Source of the DNA: Candidatus Multivorans sp.
GTDB lineage: Bacteria > Acidobacteriota > Thermoanaerobaculia > Multivoradales > Multivoraceae
Direction of reading: 5' to 3'
Length of the DNA stretch: 64,000 bases
Assembly: GCA_965224025.1 (NCBI GenBank)
Contig: OZ245033.1
Span: forward strand, 32,001 to 96,000
Positions 1 to 7,991 of this stretch are shown piece by piece (positions within the stretch are counted from its first letter, which is position 1; each line of letters starts with the position of its first letter). The position numbers and the translations under genes are program-made. The notes beneath the pieces were generated by a model. It was not told the origin of the DNA and did not search any database. It was given only the letters and a program-made list of their open reading frames with translations.

Positions 1-2
1 CG

Positions 3-1184
3 GCCGGCCGGCCGCCGCGAGGCGACGATCCGGCCTTCTTGCAGATGACCAGCGGCTCGACCGGTCATCAGCGGGCGGTGGTCGTGGGACACTCTGCTTC
101 GACCTGGAGCGCCCGCGCCAGCATGGAAGCGGTGGCGATTCCGCGCGGCGGACAACTGATGGACGCCCTCGTCGGCTGGTTGCCGCTCTACCACGACATG
201 GGGTTGGGAGGCTGCCTGCTCGGCTCGCTGCTCACCGGCGCCGACCTGATCATGCTCAACCCGCGCGCTTTCCTGGCCCGGCCGTGGGTATGGCTGGAGC
301 AGTTCAAGCGCACGAAGACCGCGATGTCGGCGGCCCCGAACTTCTCCTTCCGGCAGTGCGTCGAACGGGTCGGCGACGATCGCCTCAAGACGCTCGACCT
401 GAGCGGTTGGCGCGACGTGTGCAGCGGTTCCGAGATGGTACGGCCAGAGACCATGGCCGGGTTCAGCCGCCGCTTCGAGGCCGCGGGCCTCGATCCGGGA
501 GCGCTGCGCGCCGCCTACGGCATGGCCGAGAACACCCTGCTCATCTCGATCAGCCAGAGCGTCGACGGCCTGCACACCGCGGCGCCGTCGGGCGGCGGCC
601 CCGAAGTGACGTCGAACGGCCCGCCGATGGACCGCACGGATATCGAGATCGCGGCGCCCGACGGGCGCGCGCTGCCGGCGGGCGAAGTGGGCGAGATCCG
701 GCTGCGCTCGCCGTCCCTCATGCTGGGGTACTGGAACGACCCCGAAGCGACCGCCGAGGTGCTGCGCGACGGCTGGCTCTACACCGGCGACCTCGGCTTC
801 CTGAGCGCCGCTGGCGAGGTCCACATCACCGGCCGCACCAAGGAGCTGCTCATCCTGGGCGGCTCGAACGTGATGCCCCACGAGATCGAATGGGTCGCCG
901 AGTCCGTTCTTGGCGCGGGGGGAAGGGAGCGCGCCGCCGCCTTCTCCGTCGACGCGCCGCACGGCGAGCGGGCCATCCTGGTGATGGAGACCGGCGGCGC
1001 CCGCGCCGGCGCCGCGCTGCTGCGCAGCGAAGTCGGCCGCGGCGTCGGCCGCGCCCTGGGCATCCGGCTCGCCGATCTGCTCCTCGTGCGCCGGGGTAGG
1101 ATCCCCCGCACGAGCAGCGGCAAGGTCCGGCGCCGGTCGCTCCGCGAGCAGTATCTACGCGGCGAACTCGCGGCCGACTTCTGA
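3..1184 (+). CDS. Fatty acyl-AMP ligase / AMP-binding enzyme (5' partial)
   Basis: FLQMTSGSTG, WLPLYHDMGL, YGMAE, WLYTGDLG and IPRTSSGK motifs; frame open to the window edge. Confidence 0.88.
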   Translation, partial: AGRPPRGDDPAFLQMTSGSTGHQRAVVVGHSASTWSARASMEAVAIPRGGQLMDALVGWLPLYHDMGLGGCLLGSLLTGADLIMLNPRAFLARPWVWLEQFKRTKTAMSAAPNFSFRQCVERVGDDRLKTLDLSGWRDVCSGSEMVRPETMAGFSRRFEAAGLDPGALRAAYGMAENTLLISISQSVDGLHTAAPSGGGPEVTSNGPPMDRTDIEIAAPDGRALPAGEVGEIRLRSPSLMLGYWNDPEATAEVLRDGWLYTGDLGFLSAAGEVHITGRTKELLILGGSNVMPHEIEWVAESVLGAGGRERAAAFSVDAPHGERAILVMETGGARAGAALLRSEVGRGVGRALGIRLADLLLVRRGRIPRTSSGKVRRRSLREQYLRGELAADF

Positions 1185-1235
1185 CCCGGCCTCGCCGGAC
1201 TTGGCAGCAACGGTTGGCGGAGGAGCAGAGGAGCA

Positions 1236-1475
1236 ATGGACCTACGTGCAGCGGCGAGCAAGATACTCGCTCGCGCCAGCGGCCGGGACGAAGGCGAACT
1301 GCGCCCCGAGTTCGACCTGGTGGCCGACCTCGGCATCGACTCTCCCAAGCAACTCGAACTGCTGATCGAGCTCGAAGAGGCCCTGGACACCGAAATCAGC
1401 GACGAAGACGCCGCCGCCATGGAGACCGTCGGCGATGTCCTCGACTACGCCGCCGGCGTCGGTGCGACTGCCTAG
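1236..1475 (+). CDS. Acyl carrier protein
   Basis: 79 aa, acidic, DLGIDS phosphopantetheine site; GAGGAG RBS; follows the FAAL. Confidence 0.9.
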   Translation: MDLRAAASKILARASGRDEGELRPEFDLVADLGIDSPKQLELLIELEEALDTEISDEDAAAMETVGDVLDYAAGVGATA

Positions 1476-1481
1476 GCGACG

Positions 1482-1560
1482 CTGGGCGCCACTGGGCGCC
1501 CCGGCCGTGGCGCGGGCCTTCTGGCCCGCGTTTACGGCATCCGGCGCGGCGGCGCGAGGC
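1482..1560 (+). repeat. REP-like hairpin repeat copy
   Basis: CTGGGCGCC..GCGGGCCTTCTGGCCCGC, shared with many other copies in the window. Confidence 0.8.
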
Positions 1561-1571
1561 GGCACCGTCCC

Positions 1572-2240
1572 ATGAAAGTCCGCGGCGCCGCCCTGCCCGC
1601 GGCCGCCGTGGCGGTCCGCCTCCTCTCCCAGACCCTCACCGCCTCCTACCGCCTGCACCGCCTGGAAGGCGCCGGGCACCTCGACCGCGTCCTCGACCCG
1701 CCGGCCATGCTCGCGTGCTGGCACGAGCAGTTGGCGCTCTCCCTGCTCCTCGTCCGCCGGCGGCTGCTGCCGGCCGGCGGACCAGTGTCCATCCTCTCCA
1801 GCCACTCCGCCGACGGGGCACTGGCGGCGCGGGTCGCCCATGCCTGGGGCATCCGCGTCACCCGCGGCTCGACCTCCCGGGGCGGCCGGGAGGCGGCGCT
1901 CACCCTCTACCGCGAGCTCGTCAAACACCGGTCGACGCTGCTGCTCATGCCCGACGGTCCGCGTGGACCGGCGCGTACGCCGAAGGCCGGGAGCATCGTC
2001 CTGGCGGCCATGTCCGGCGCGCCGATCGTCCCCGCCGGCCTCGCCGCGTCACGCAGCCTGAGGTTGAGGAGCTGGGACCGCATGATCGTCGGCGCCCCGT
2101 TCACGCGAGTGGCGGTCGCGGTCGGGGAACCGATCGTGCTCGATCGCGGGTCTACCGACGACCAGCGGGAAGAGGCCCGGCTCGAACTCGGCGCCCGGCT
2201 CGACGACCTGACCGCGCGGGCCGGCCGTCTGCTCCCTTAG
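1572..2240 (+). CDS. DUF374 / lysophospholipid acyltransferase family protein
   Basis: CWHEQ, SHSADG, RGSTSRGG, MPDGPRGP and SWDRM motifs. Confidence 0.85.
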   Translation: MKVRGAALPAAAVAVRLLSQTLTASYRLHRLEGAGHLDRVLDPPAMLACWHEQLALSLLLVRRRLLPAGGPVSILSSHSADGALAARVAHAWGIRVTRGSTSRGGREAALTLYRELVKHRSTLLLMPDGPRGPARTPKAGSIVLAAMSGAPIVPAGLAASRSLRLRSWDRMIVGAPFTRVAVAVGEPIVLDRGSTDDQREEARLELGARLDDLTARAGRLLP

Positions 2241-2319
2241 AGCAGGACTGGGTGCGCCCACTGGGACTCTCCACCCTTTAGCAAGTGTGTTTTGGGGAGG
2301 CTGCTGCGGGTCAGGGAGG

Positions 2320-3573
2320 TCATGCGACCTGGGCATGGCATCGCTTGTTGGGGTCGAAGAGAGTTCGGTCTCGGAGCATGGCGCAGGCGACGCCGAGGAG
2401 TCGGTCGACGAGTTGTCTGATGGCGCGTCCGTGCGTCTTTCCCTGGGCTTTCATGGCGTCGTACTTGGCGCGGCTGATCGGGTCATGCTCGATGGCGACT
2501 CGTCCCCAGTGATAGACGGCGTCGCTGAGGTGTTCGTTGGCGGCGAGTCGTCGCATGACGATGAGCTTCTTGCCGGACTTGACGGTCACCGGCGCCACTC
2601 CGCAGAGGCAACGCAGTGCCTCGTGGTCTCTGCGGCCCAGGCTTTGATCGGCCTCGGAGAGCAGGGTGGCGAGGCCGACCTTGCCGAGTCCGGGCAGCGA
2701 CCTGAGGATGGCGGCGTCGCTCGGCTTAGGGGAGTCGTCGTCGTTTTCCCGTTGGGCCGGGGCCTCGAGTGCGCGGGTCATCCGCTCCAGCCGCTTGTCG
2801 GCGTCGGCGAGTTGGCGGCAGACGGTGTCGAGCACCGGCCGGAGGAGTCCTATGTGTTCGACGGCGGCCTTAACGGTGTCCGGGGAAACGGCGATCGGCT
2901 CGGCCCGCAGTTGATCGCGCAGTTGGGCGGAGGTCAGGCGCCGGATGCGGTGTTCCTTGAGCAGTTTGGCGAGCGTGGCTTCGCGCAGCCGTCGAGCCTT
3001 GCCGGGGGTCGGCGCCAGTCGCCACAAGGCCAGCGCGAAGGGCGCCGACACCTCGTTCTTGACCACGGCGAGAAACTGCGGGTAGTAGCGCCAGAGCTGG
3101 TCGCGGACCTGGTTCTCCAGGCGGTTCTTCTGGTTGACCAACTGCTTGCGGGCGCGGGACACCTCGCGCAGCATGACGATGGCGGCATCGGATGGTTGCA
3201 CGCGGTTCAGGCACTCGGGGTCGGTGCGAAGCGCGGCGGCGAGCACCCGTGCATCGCGGCGGTCATCCTTGGCGCCGGCGACGGAGAAGCGGTCCCTGAA
3301 GCGGTCGAGCTGCTTGGGGTTGATCGAATGGACGGCGAAACCCCGCTCCAGGAGAGTCTCGACCACCGGTCCGTGCGGCACCTCGATGGCGACGCCGATC
3401 TCGTCCGGAGACGTCGGTCGGGTATGTCCAAGGAGCCAGTCGGCCATGGCGGCAAGTCCCTTGCCGCTGTGGTCGAACGCCCGCTCCCCCCTCACCTTGC
3501 CGTCCCGATCCAGCACACACACGTGGTGGGTCTCGGACCCCCAGTCCACGCCGACGAACCACGTCCTGGTCAT
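2320..3573 (-). CDS. IS110 family transposase (DEDD RuvC-like recombinase)
   Basis: GVDWG..AIEVPHG..KDDRRDA (DEDD), SLPGLG, APVTVKSGK (catalytic Ser); AAGGAGG RBS before ATG 3573. Confidence 0.95.
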   Translation of the reverse strand: MTRTWFVGVDWGSETHHVCVLDRDGKVRGERAFDHSGKGLAAMADWLLGHTRPTSPDEIGVAIEVPHGPVVETLLERGFAVHSINPKQLDRFRDRFSVAGAKDDRRDARVLAAALRTDPECLNRVQPSDAAIVMLREVSRARKQLVNQKNRLENQVRDQLWRYYPQFLAVVKNEVSAPFALALWRLAPTPGKARRLREATLAKLLKEHRIRRLTSAQLRDQLRAEPIAVSPDTVKAAVEHIGLLRPVLDTVCRQLADADKRLERMTRALEAPAQRENDDDSPKPSDAAILRSLPGLGKVGLATLLSEADQSLGRRDHEALRCLCGVAPVTVKSGKKLIVMRRLAANEHLSDAVYHWGRVAIEHDPISRAKYDAMKAQGKTHGRAIRQLVDRLLGVACAMLRDRTLFDPNKRCHAQVA

Positions 3574-3604
3574 CTCGTCCTCCTTCTCCCTTGCGGTAGT
3601 GTTG

Positions 3605-3960
3605 CCTGGTCGGCATGCCGCGTTGCCTGCCCGTACCTGTACTGGTGCTCTAAGGCACTGACTCTCCACTGGGCGTCCAACGCGGCGAAGCAGCCAGGGC
3701 ACGGGTCCCAGCCAGGTGCTCGAAGCACAGTGCGCCGGTGGTCGCTCCTGGCTGCTTGCCGACCTTCCTTCAGTGACTCCGGCAGGCCGGAAACGAAACC
3801 GACCGGCGGTCCCGGCTGCGGAAGCTGCCGGTCCCGCGGAAAACGGCAGACCGTTTCCCGCCGGACCTTGGAAAACCGGCAAGCCGGTTTCCCACAGCTA
3901 CCGCAGCCGCGACGGCTACTAGTCGATTCCACCTCTCTCAACGACCCACCAGAATCCACC
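3605..3960 (-). ncRNA. IS110 bridge RNA (target-binding and donor-binding loops at about 3608-3764)
   Basis: Stems 3608-3615/3757-3764, 3617-3625/3678-3686 and 3690-3698/3747-3755; guide segments match the target and the donor junction; outer RNA ends are estimated. Confidence 0.82.
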
Positions 3961-3973
3961 CGAGAAAGGTACA

Positions 3974-4052
3974 GGTGCGCCGGCCGTTGCGCGGGCCTTC
4001 TGGCCCGCGACTGGGTGCGGCCCTCTGGCCGGCATCCGGCGCGAAGCGCCGG
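3974..4052 (+). repeat. Right part of the REP cluster interrupted by IS110
   Basis: GGTGCGCCGGCCGTTGCGCGGGCCTTCTGGCCCGC followed by CTGGGTGCGGCCCTCTGGCCGGC. Confidence 0.8.
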
Positions 4053-4081
4053 CGTCTGGCTCACCGTGAAACCCGCGACAA

Positions 4082-4090
4082 TGCTAGAAT
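4082..4090 (+). promoter_or_regulatory. Putative extended -10 promoter element
   Basis: TGCTAGAAT (TGn-TAGAAT) about 70 nt upstream of ATG 4163. Confidence 0.45.
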
Positions 4091-4162
4091 CCGACGGCTT
4101 TCGCCTTGCCTTCCGTGCTGGGCGGGGTCTTGAACCATGTCCAGGCATCGTCTCTAATCGCC

Positions 4163-6655
4163 ATGTCTCTCCGCTCCGGGCTTACCGCGCTGCTCATCGC
4201 GGCCGCGCTGATCGCCGCGCCCGGGGAGGCGATCGTCTACGTCACGCCGACCGACGAGTCGTTGGTGGACCGGTCGCCGGTGATCGTCTTCGGCGAGATT
4301 CTGGCCGCGGAACCGGCGCCGGTCGACGGACTGCTGTCGACCGACTTCATGTTCCAGGTCGAAGACGTGCTGAAGGGGTTCGTCCCGGGCAGCATCATCG
4401 TCGTTCGCCAGCCGGGCGGCCGCAGGTCGGACGGGCTGGTCGGTTCGGTCATGGGCTTGCCGACTCTGGCCGAGGGCGACCGCGTGCTGCTCTTCCTCGA
4501 TCCGGCGAACGCCGTGTACCGGACGGTCGAGTTGTCCCTCGGCATGTTCTTCGAGGTGCCGGTGCGCGGCGGCACGGTGCTGCTGCGCGAGGCGTCGCTG
4601 CGCGAAGACATGTCCCCGCCCGGCAGCCCGGCGGCTCGGCGGCAGCCAAACCAGCCACGCGAGGCGGAGCGCTTCCGGCGCTGGATCGCCGACCGGGCCA
4701 GCGGCCTCGAGCGGGCGGCCGACTACTTCGCGCCTGAACTGGGCGAGAACCCGGCGGCCGTCGCCGAGGCGTTCCGGCTCACCGTGTCACCGGGCGAGTG
4801 CGACCGCGTGGGCGTGCCCGTCCGCTGGCGGGAGTTCGACCGCAACCGCGGCGTCGGTCTGGTGGTGCAGGCCGGAGGTCAGCCCGGTGTGCCGGGCGGC
4901 GGCATGGCCCAGGTACTTGCCGGTATGCGGGCCTGGAACGGCGATCCGCGGAGCCGCACGCGACTGATCAGCCTGGGCAGGTCGAACGAGGAGTTCTCGC
5001 TCAAGGTCGACGAGCAGAACTCGATCAGCTTCGAGGATCCGCACGACGAGATTGCGGGTTCCTTCAATCCGCGGCTCGGCGGCATTCTGGCCATCAACTG
5101 GGTGTTCTTCTACTGCGGCCAGGTGACCGAGCCGCACCGGATTCCGGGAGGCGGATCGCGGCAGGCTCTGCCGATCGTGGAGTCGAACATCACGACGCAG
5201 GACGGGTTCGAGGACTGGTTGGCCGCCAGTGCGGACCCCCGCCGCGACTTCGAGGAGATCATCGGCCACGAACTCGGCCACGCGCTGGGGATCAACCACG
5301 CCTGCGACCCGTCGGGGGGCTCGCCTTGCGATGAGGTGACGAACGAGGCCCTGATGCGCGCGAATGTCCACGGGGACGGGCGCGGCGCCGCGCTGAGCCG
5401 GGACGACCGGAACGCCGTGCGCGCCCTCTACCCGGAGATCGGCCCGGTGGGCCCGGTGGCGCCGGCGGCGGCGACCGACCTGACGGTCTCCGCGATCAGC
5501 CAGAACGAACTCGAACTCCGGTGGCGGGACCGCTCCGGCGACGAGACCGGCTTCGACATCTACGAGCGGATGGTCGACAGCGACTTCGAGCGCATCGCCA
5601 CCCTGGAGCGGAACAGCACTTCGGTCGTGATCCAGAACATCCCGCCCGCGACCTACCGCGCCTACCAGGTCGTGGCGCGGAACAACCGCGGCAGCTCCGA
5701 GCCGACACCGGAAGCGGGCGCCACGACTCTCGCTGGAGTGGCCGCCTGCGTGGAGGACGGCGACACGTTGTGTCTGAATGAGGGTCGCTTTCGGGTCGAA
5801 GTGCAATGGGAGACCGACAAGGAAAGCGACCGGGGCGATGCCGAGCCCTTGACCAACGACTCGGGCGATTTCTGGTTTTTCTCTCCGGACAACATCGAAC
5901 TCGTGGTCAAGGTCCTGGACGGGTGCGCCTTCAACGAACGCTTCTGGGTGTCCGCCGGCGGCTTGACCGACGTGAAGGTCATCATGACCGTGATCGACTC
6001 CGCGACCGGAGTCGCCGCGACGTACTACAACCCGCCGGGCACTCCCTTCCTGCCGGTTCAGGACAACGAGTCCTTCGCCGTCTGCTCCCAGGGACAGAAC
6101 CTGTACGGTCAAAGCCGGTACCTGCTGCCGGCTGGAGAGATGGAGTCCGTGCGCGGCGGCATGAACCGGGCGTCCCGGTTTGGTGAGCCGCTTACCGGAT
6201 CGCTCCGTCCCGGTTGGGCCGGGCTGCCCCAGGAAGAAGGCGGCGCCTGCGAGGTCGACGATCTCACGCTCTGCCTCGAAGGCGGCCGCTTCGCGGTCCA
6301 CGCGCGCTGGGAAACGGAAGACGGCCGCGGTGACGCCACGGCCTGGCCGCTCACCCGGGACACCGGCCTCTATTGGTTCTTCGGTCCGAACAACGTCGAG
6401 ATGGTGATCAAGGTGCTCGACGGGTGCGCGCTCAACGGCCACCGCTGGGTGTTCGCGGCTGGACTGACGGACGTGGCCGTGACGATGACGGTCATCGACA
6501 GTGAGACCGGCGAGAAGAGGGCCTACGAGAACCCCGCCGGCACCCTGTTCCAGCCGATCCAGGACGCGAAGGCGTTTTCCTGTTCGGCGCCGGCGCCGAC
6601 GGCTGCGGCAGGCGCTCGAGATCCTGGTCCGCATCCACGCGAAGCAGCGCGGTAG
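4163..6655 (+). CDS. Secreted zinc metalloprotease (matrixin/M10-like) with FN3 domain and two C-terminal WFF-KVLDGC domains
   Basis: Signal peptide; HELGHALGINH; Met-turn ALM; FN3-like LRWRDRSGDETGF; two CL..GRF.V..W...FWFF..KVLDGC repeats. Confidence 0.85.
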   Translation: MSLRSGLTALLIAAALIAAPGEAIVYVTPTDESLVDRSPVIVFGEILAAEPAPVDGLLSTDFMFQVEDVLKGFVPGSIIVVRQPGGRRSDGLVGSVMGLPTLAEGDRVLLFLDPANAVYRTVELSLGMFFEVPVRGGTVLLREASLREDMSPPGSPAARRQPNQPREAERFRRWIADRASGLERAADYFAPELGENPAAVAEAFRLTVSPGECDRVGVPVRWREFDRNRGVGLVVQAGGQPGVPGGGMAQVLAGMRAWNGDPRSRTRLISLGRSNEEFSLKVDEQNSISFEDPHDEIAGSFNPRLGGILAINWVFFYCGQVTEPHRIPGGGSRQALPIVESNITTQDGFEDWLAASADPRRDFEEIIGHELGHALGINHACDPSGGSPCDEVTNEALMRANVHGDGRGAALSRDDRNAVRALYPEIGPVGPVAPAAATDLTVSAISQNELELRWRDRSGDETGFDIYERMVDSDFERIATLERNSTSVVIQNIPPATYRAYQVVARNNRGSSEPTPEAGATTLAGVAACVEDGDTLCLNEGRFRVEVQWETDKESDRGDAEPLTNDSGDFWFFSPDNIELVVKVLDGCAFNERFWVSAGGLTDVKVIMTVIDSATGVAATYYNPPGTPFLPVQDNESFAVCSQGQNLYGQSRYLLPAGEMESVRGGMNRASRFGEPLTGSLRPGWAGLPQEEGGACEVDDLTLCLEGGRFAVHARWETEDGRGDATAWPLTRDTGLYWFFGPNNVEMVIKVLDGCALNGHRWVFAAGLTDVAVTMTVIDSETGEKRAYENPAGTLFQPIQDAKAFSCSAPAPTAAAGARDPGPHPREAAR

Positions 6656-6797
6656 CGGCAGCAGCGGAGGCCTTCCACGACGGCGCGGCCACCCTCAGGC
6701 GCTAGGATTGGGAGGCGCGATCCGGCGTACTGTCTGAAGGGGCGCCTGCCTGCCGCGTGAAATGTTTCTTTGTCAGTGACCAAGAGGAGGTTGGATG

Positions 6798-7991
6798 ATG
6801 TTTCGAATCTGGGTTTGTTTGTGTTCTGTGTTCCTCGCATTCTTGCTCGTTCCGGCGTCGGCGCCGCTCGCGGCCCAGGAAGGGCGCGACCTGCTGGTCC
6901 CGGAAAGGACCGGGAAGGCTCATTTGAGCTTCGTTGACCGCGTGGACGCTGAACCGGTCTTGGCGCGAGACCGCCGGGTGTCGTCGGTTGGCTACCCTGC
7001 AGTCCGCGTCGCGCAACCCGCGACGGAGGTCTACGAGTACGACGACGGCGATCTCGATGAAGGTGTGTACCTCGTCGACGATGAAACCGAGGAGGTGTCC
7101 TTCGGGTTCGAGTTCGCTCAGCAGTTTCGTCTACGGCGAGCCGGAACGGTGCAATACGCGGTTGTTTGCCTGGGGAGGGGACCCGACGACACGAGCAGCG
7201 ACGCGGCATTCTCGCTGCACTTCTACTCGGGCGCCGGAAGTGTGCCGGGAGCGCTGTTGGCCGAGTACGACGCGCCCGACGCGCGACTTGACGAGCCCGG
7301 AACCTACAATTGCTTCGAAGTCGGAGGCGACGTGGAGGGTCTGCGGCTGGCTGGCGCCCAGGTCTGGGTTTCCGTGTCGTGGCAGCGCGGATCGCCGCCG
7401 GAGAACACGAAGTTCATGATGATCGACGAGAATGGCCCGGGCGGCGGCAGGCGAGCCTTCCGTGGTCGTTCGGAGGAGGGTGGCGAGTGGGACGAGTGGC
7501 TGGCCGACACGGATCAGGACACGAAGGCCTACGGCATTCGACTGGCGGTAGACCATCTGGACGAACCGGACCCCGACCCGGATCCCCCCGACCCCGATCC
7601 CGATCCCGATCCGCCGCCGACCGATGAGGGCTACACCGACTGCGTGCCCGAGACGACGCCGCTCGTCTTCGGCGACTACAAGGTCAGCATGTGTTACGAG
7701 ACGCAAGAAGCGAAGATCGGCGAGGGCAAGGCGGGTATCTGGGCGTCGGAGGAATCGGGCCTGCTCTGGTTCTTCAGCCGGAGCAACGCGGAAGTCCTGA
7801 TCAAGGTGCTGAACGGTTGCTCCTACAACGGCCACCGCTGGGTGTTCGTGGCGCCGGTGACCGACCTCGCCTTCAACCTCTACGTGACGGACAGCGGAGA
7901 CAGCGGAGGCCGTAGGTGGTCCCATCGCAATCGGCTGGGCGATCCGGCCACAAACAGGGTCGATACGTCGGCGTTCCGGTGCCGCGAGTAG
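6798..7991 (+). CDS. Secreted protein with Asp-Pro linker and C-terminal WFF-KVLNGC domain
   Basis: GAGGAGG RBS, signal peptide, YEYDDG motif, DPDPDPPDPDPDPDPPP linker, SGLLWFFSRSNAEVLIKVLNGC. Confidence 0.8.
   Translation: MFRIWVCLCSVFLAFLLVPASAPLAAQEGRDLLVPERTGKAHLSFVDRVDAEPVLARDRRVSSVGYPAVRVAQPATEVYEYDDGDLDEGVYLVDDETEEVSFGFEFAQQFRLRRAGTVQYAVVCLGRGPDDTSSDAAFSLHFYSGAGSVPGALLAEYDAPDARLDEPGTYNCFEVGGDVEGLRLAGAQVWVSVSWQRGSPPENTKFMMIDENGPGGGRRAFRGRSEEGGEWDEWLADTDQDTKAYGIRLAVDHLDEPDPDPDPPDPDPDPDPPPTDEGYTDCVPETTPLVFGDYKVSMCYETQEAKIGEGKAGIWASEESGLLWFFSRSNAEVLIKVLNGCSYNGHRWVFVAPVTDLAFNLYVTDSGDSGGRRWSHRNRLGDPATNRVDTSAFRCRE

Larger units (their letters stand above)
2264..3975 (-). mobile_element. IS110-family insertion sequence (bridge recombinase element) inserted in a REP
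   Basis: No TIRs; GG core at both junctions (2264-2265, 3974-3975); removing the element rebuilds CCACTGGGTGCGCCGG, identical to the intact REP at 39338-39353 (minus strand). Confidence 0.9.

Noticed and set aside
3574-3882. N-terminal extension of the IS110 transposase in the ORF track
   Set aside because: A strong RBS precedes ATG 3573, and the region is better explained as bridge RNA.
2287-4737. 816 aa plus-strand ORF
   Set aside because: Antisense shadow of the IS110 transposase that crosses the element boundary.
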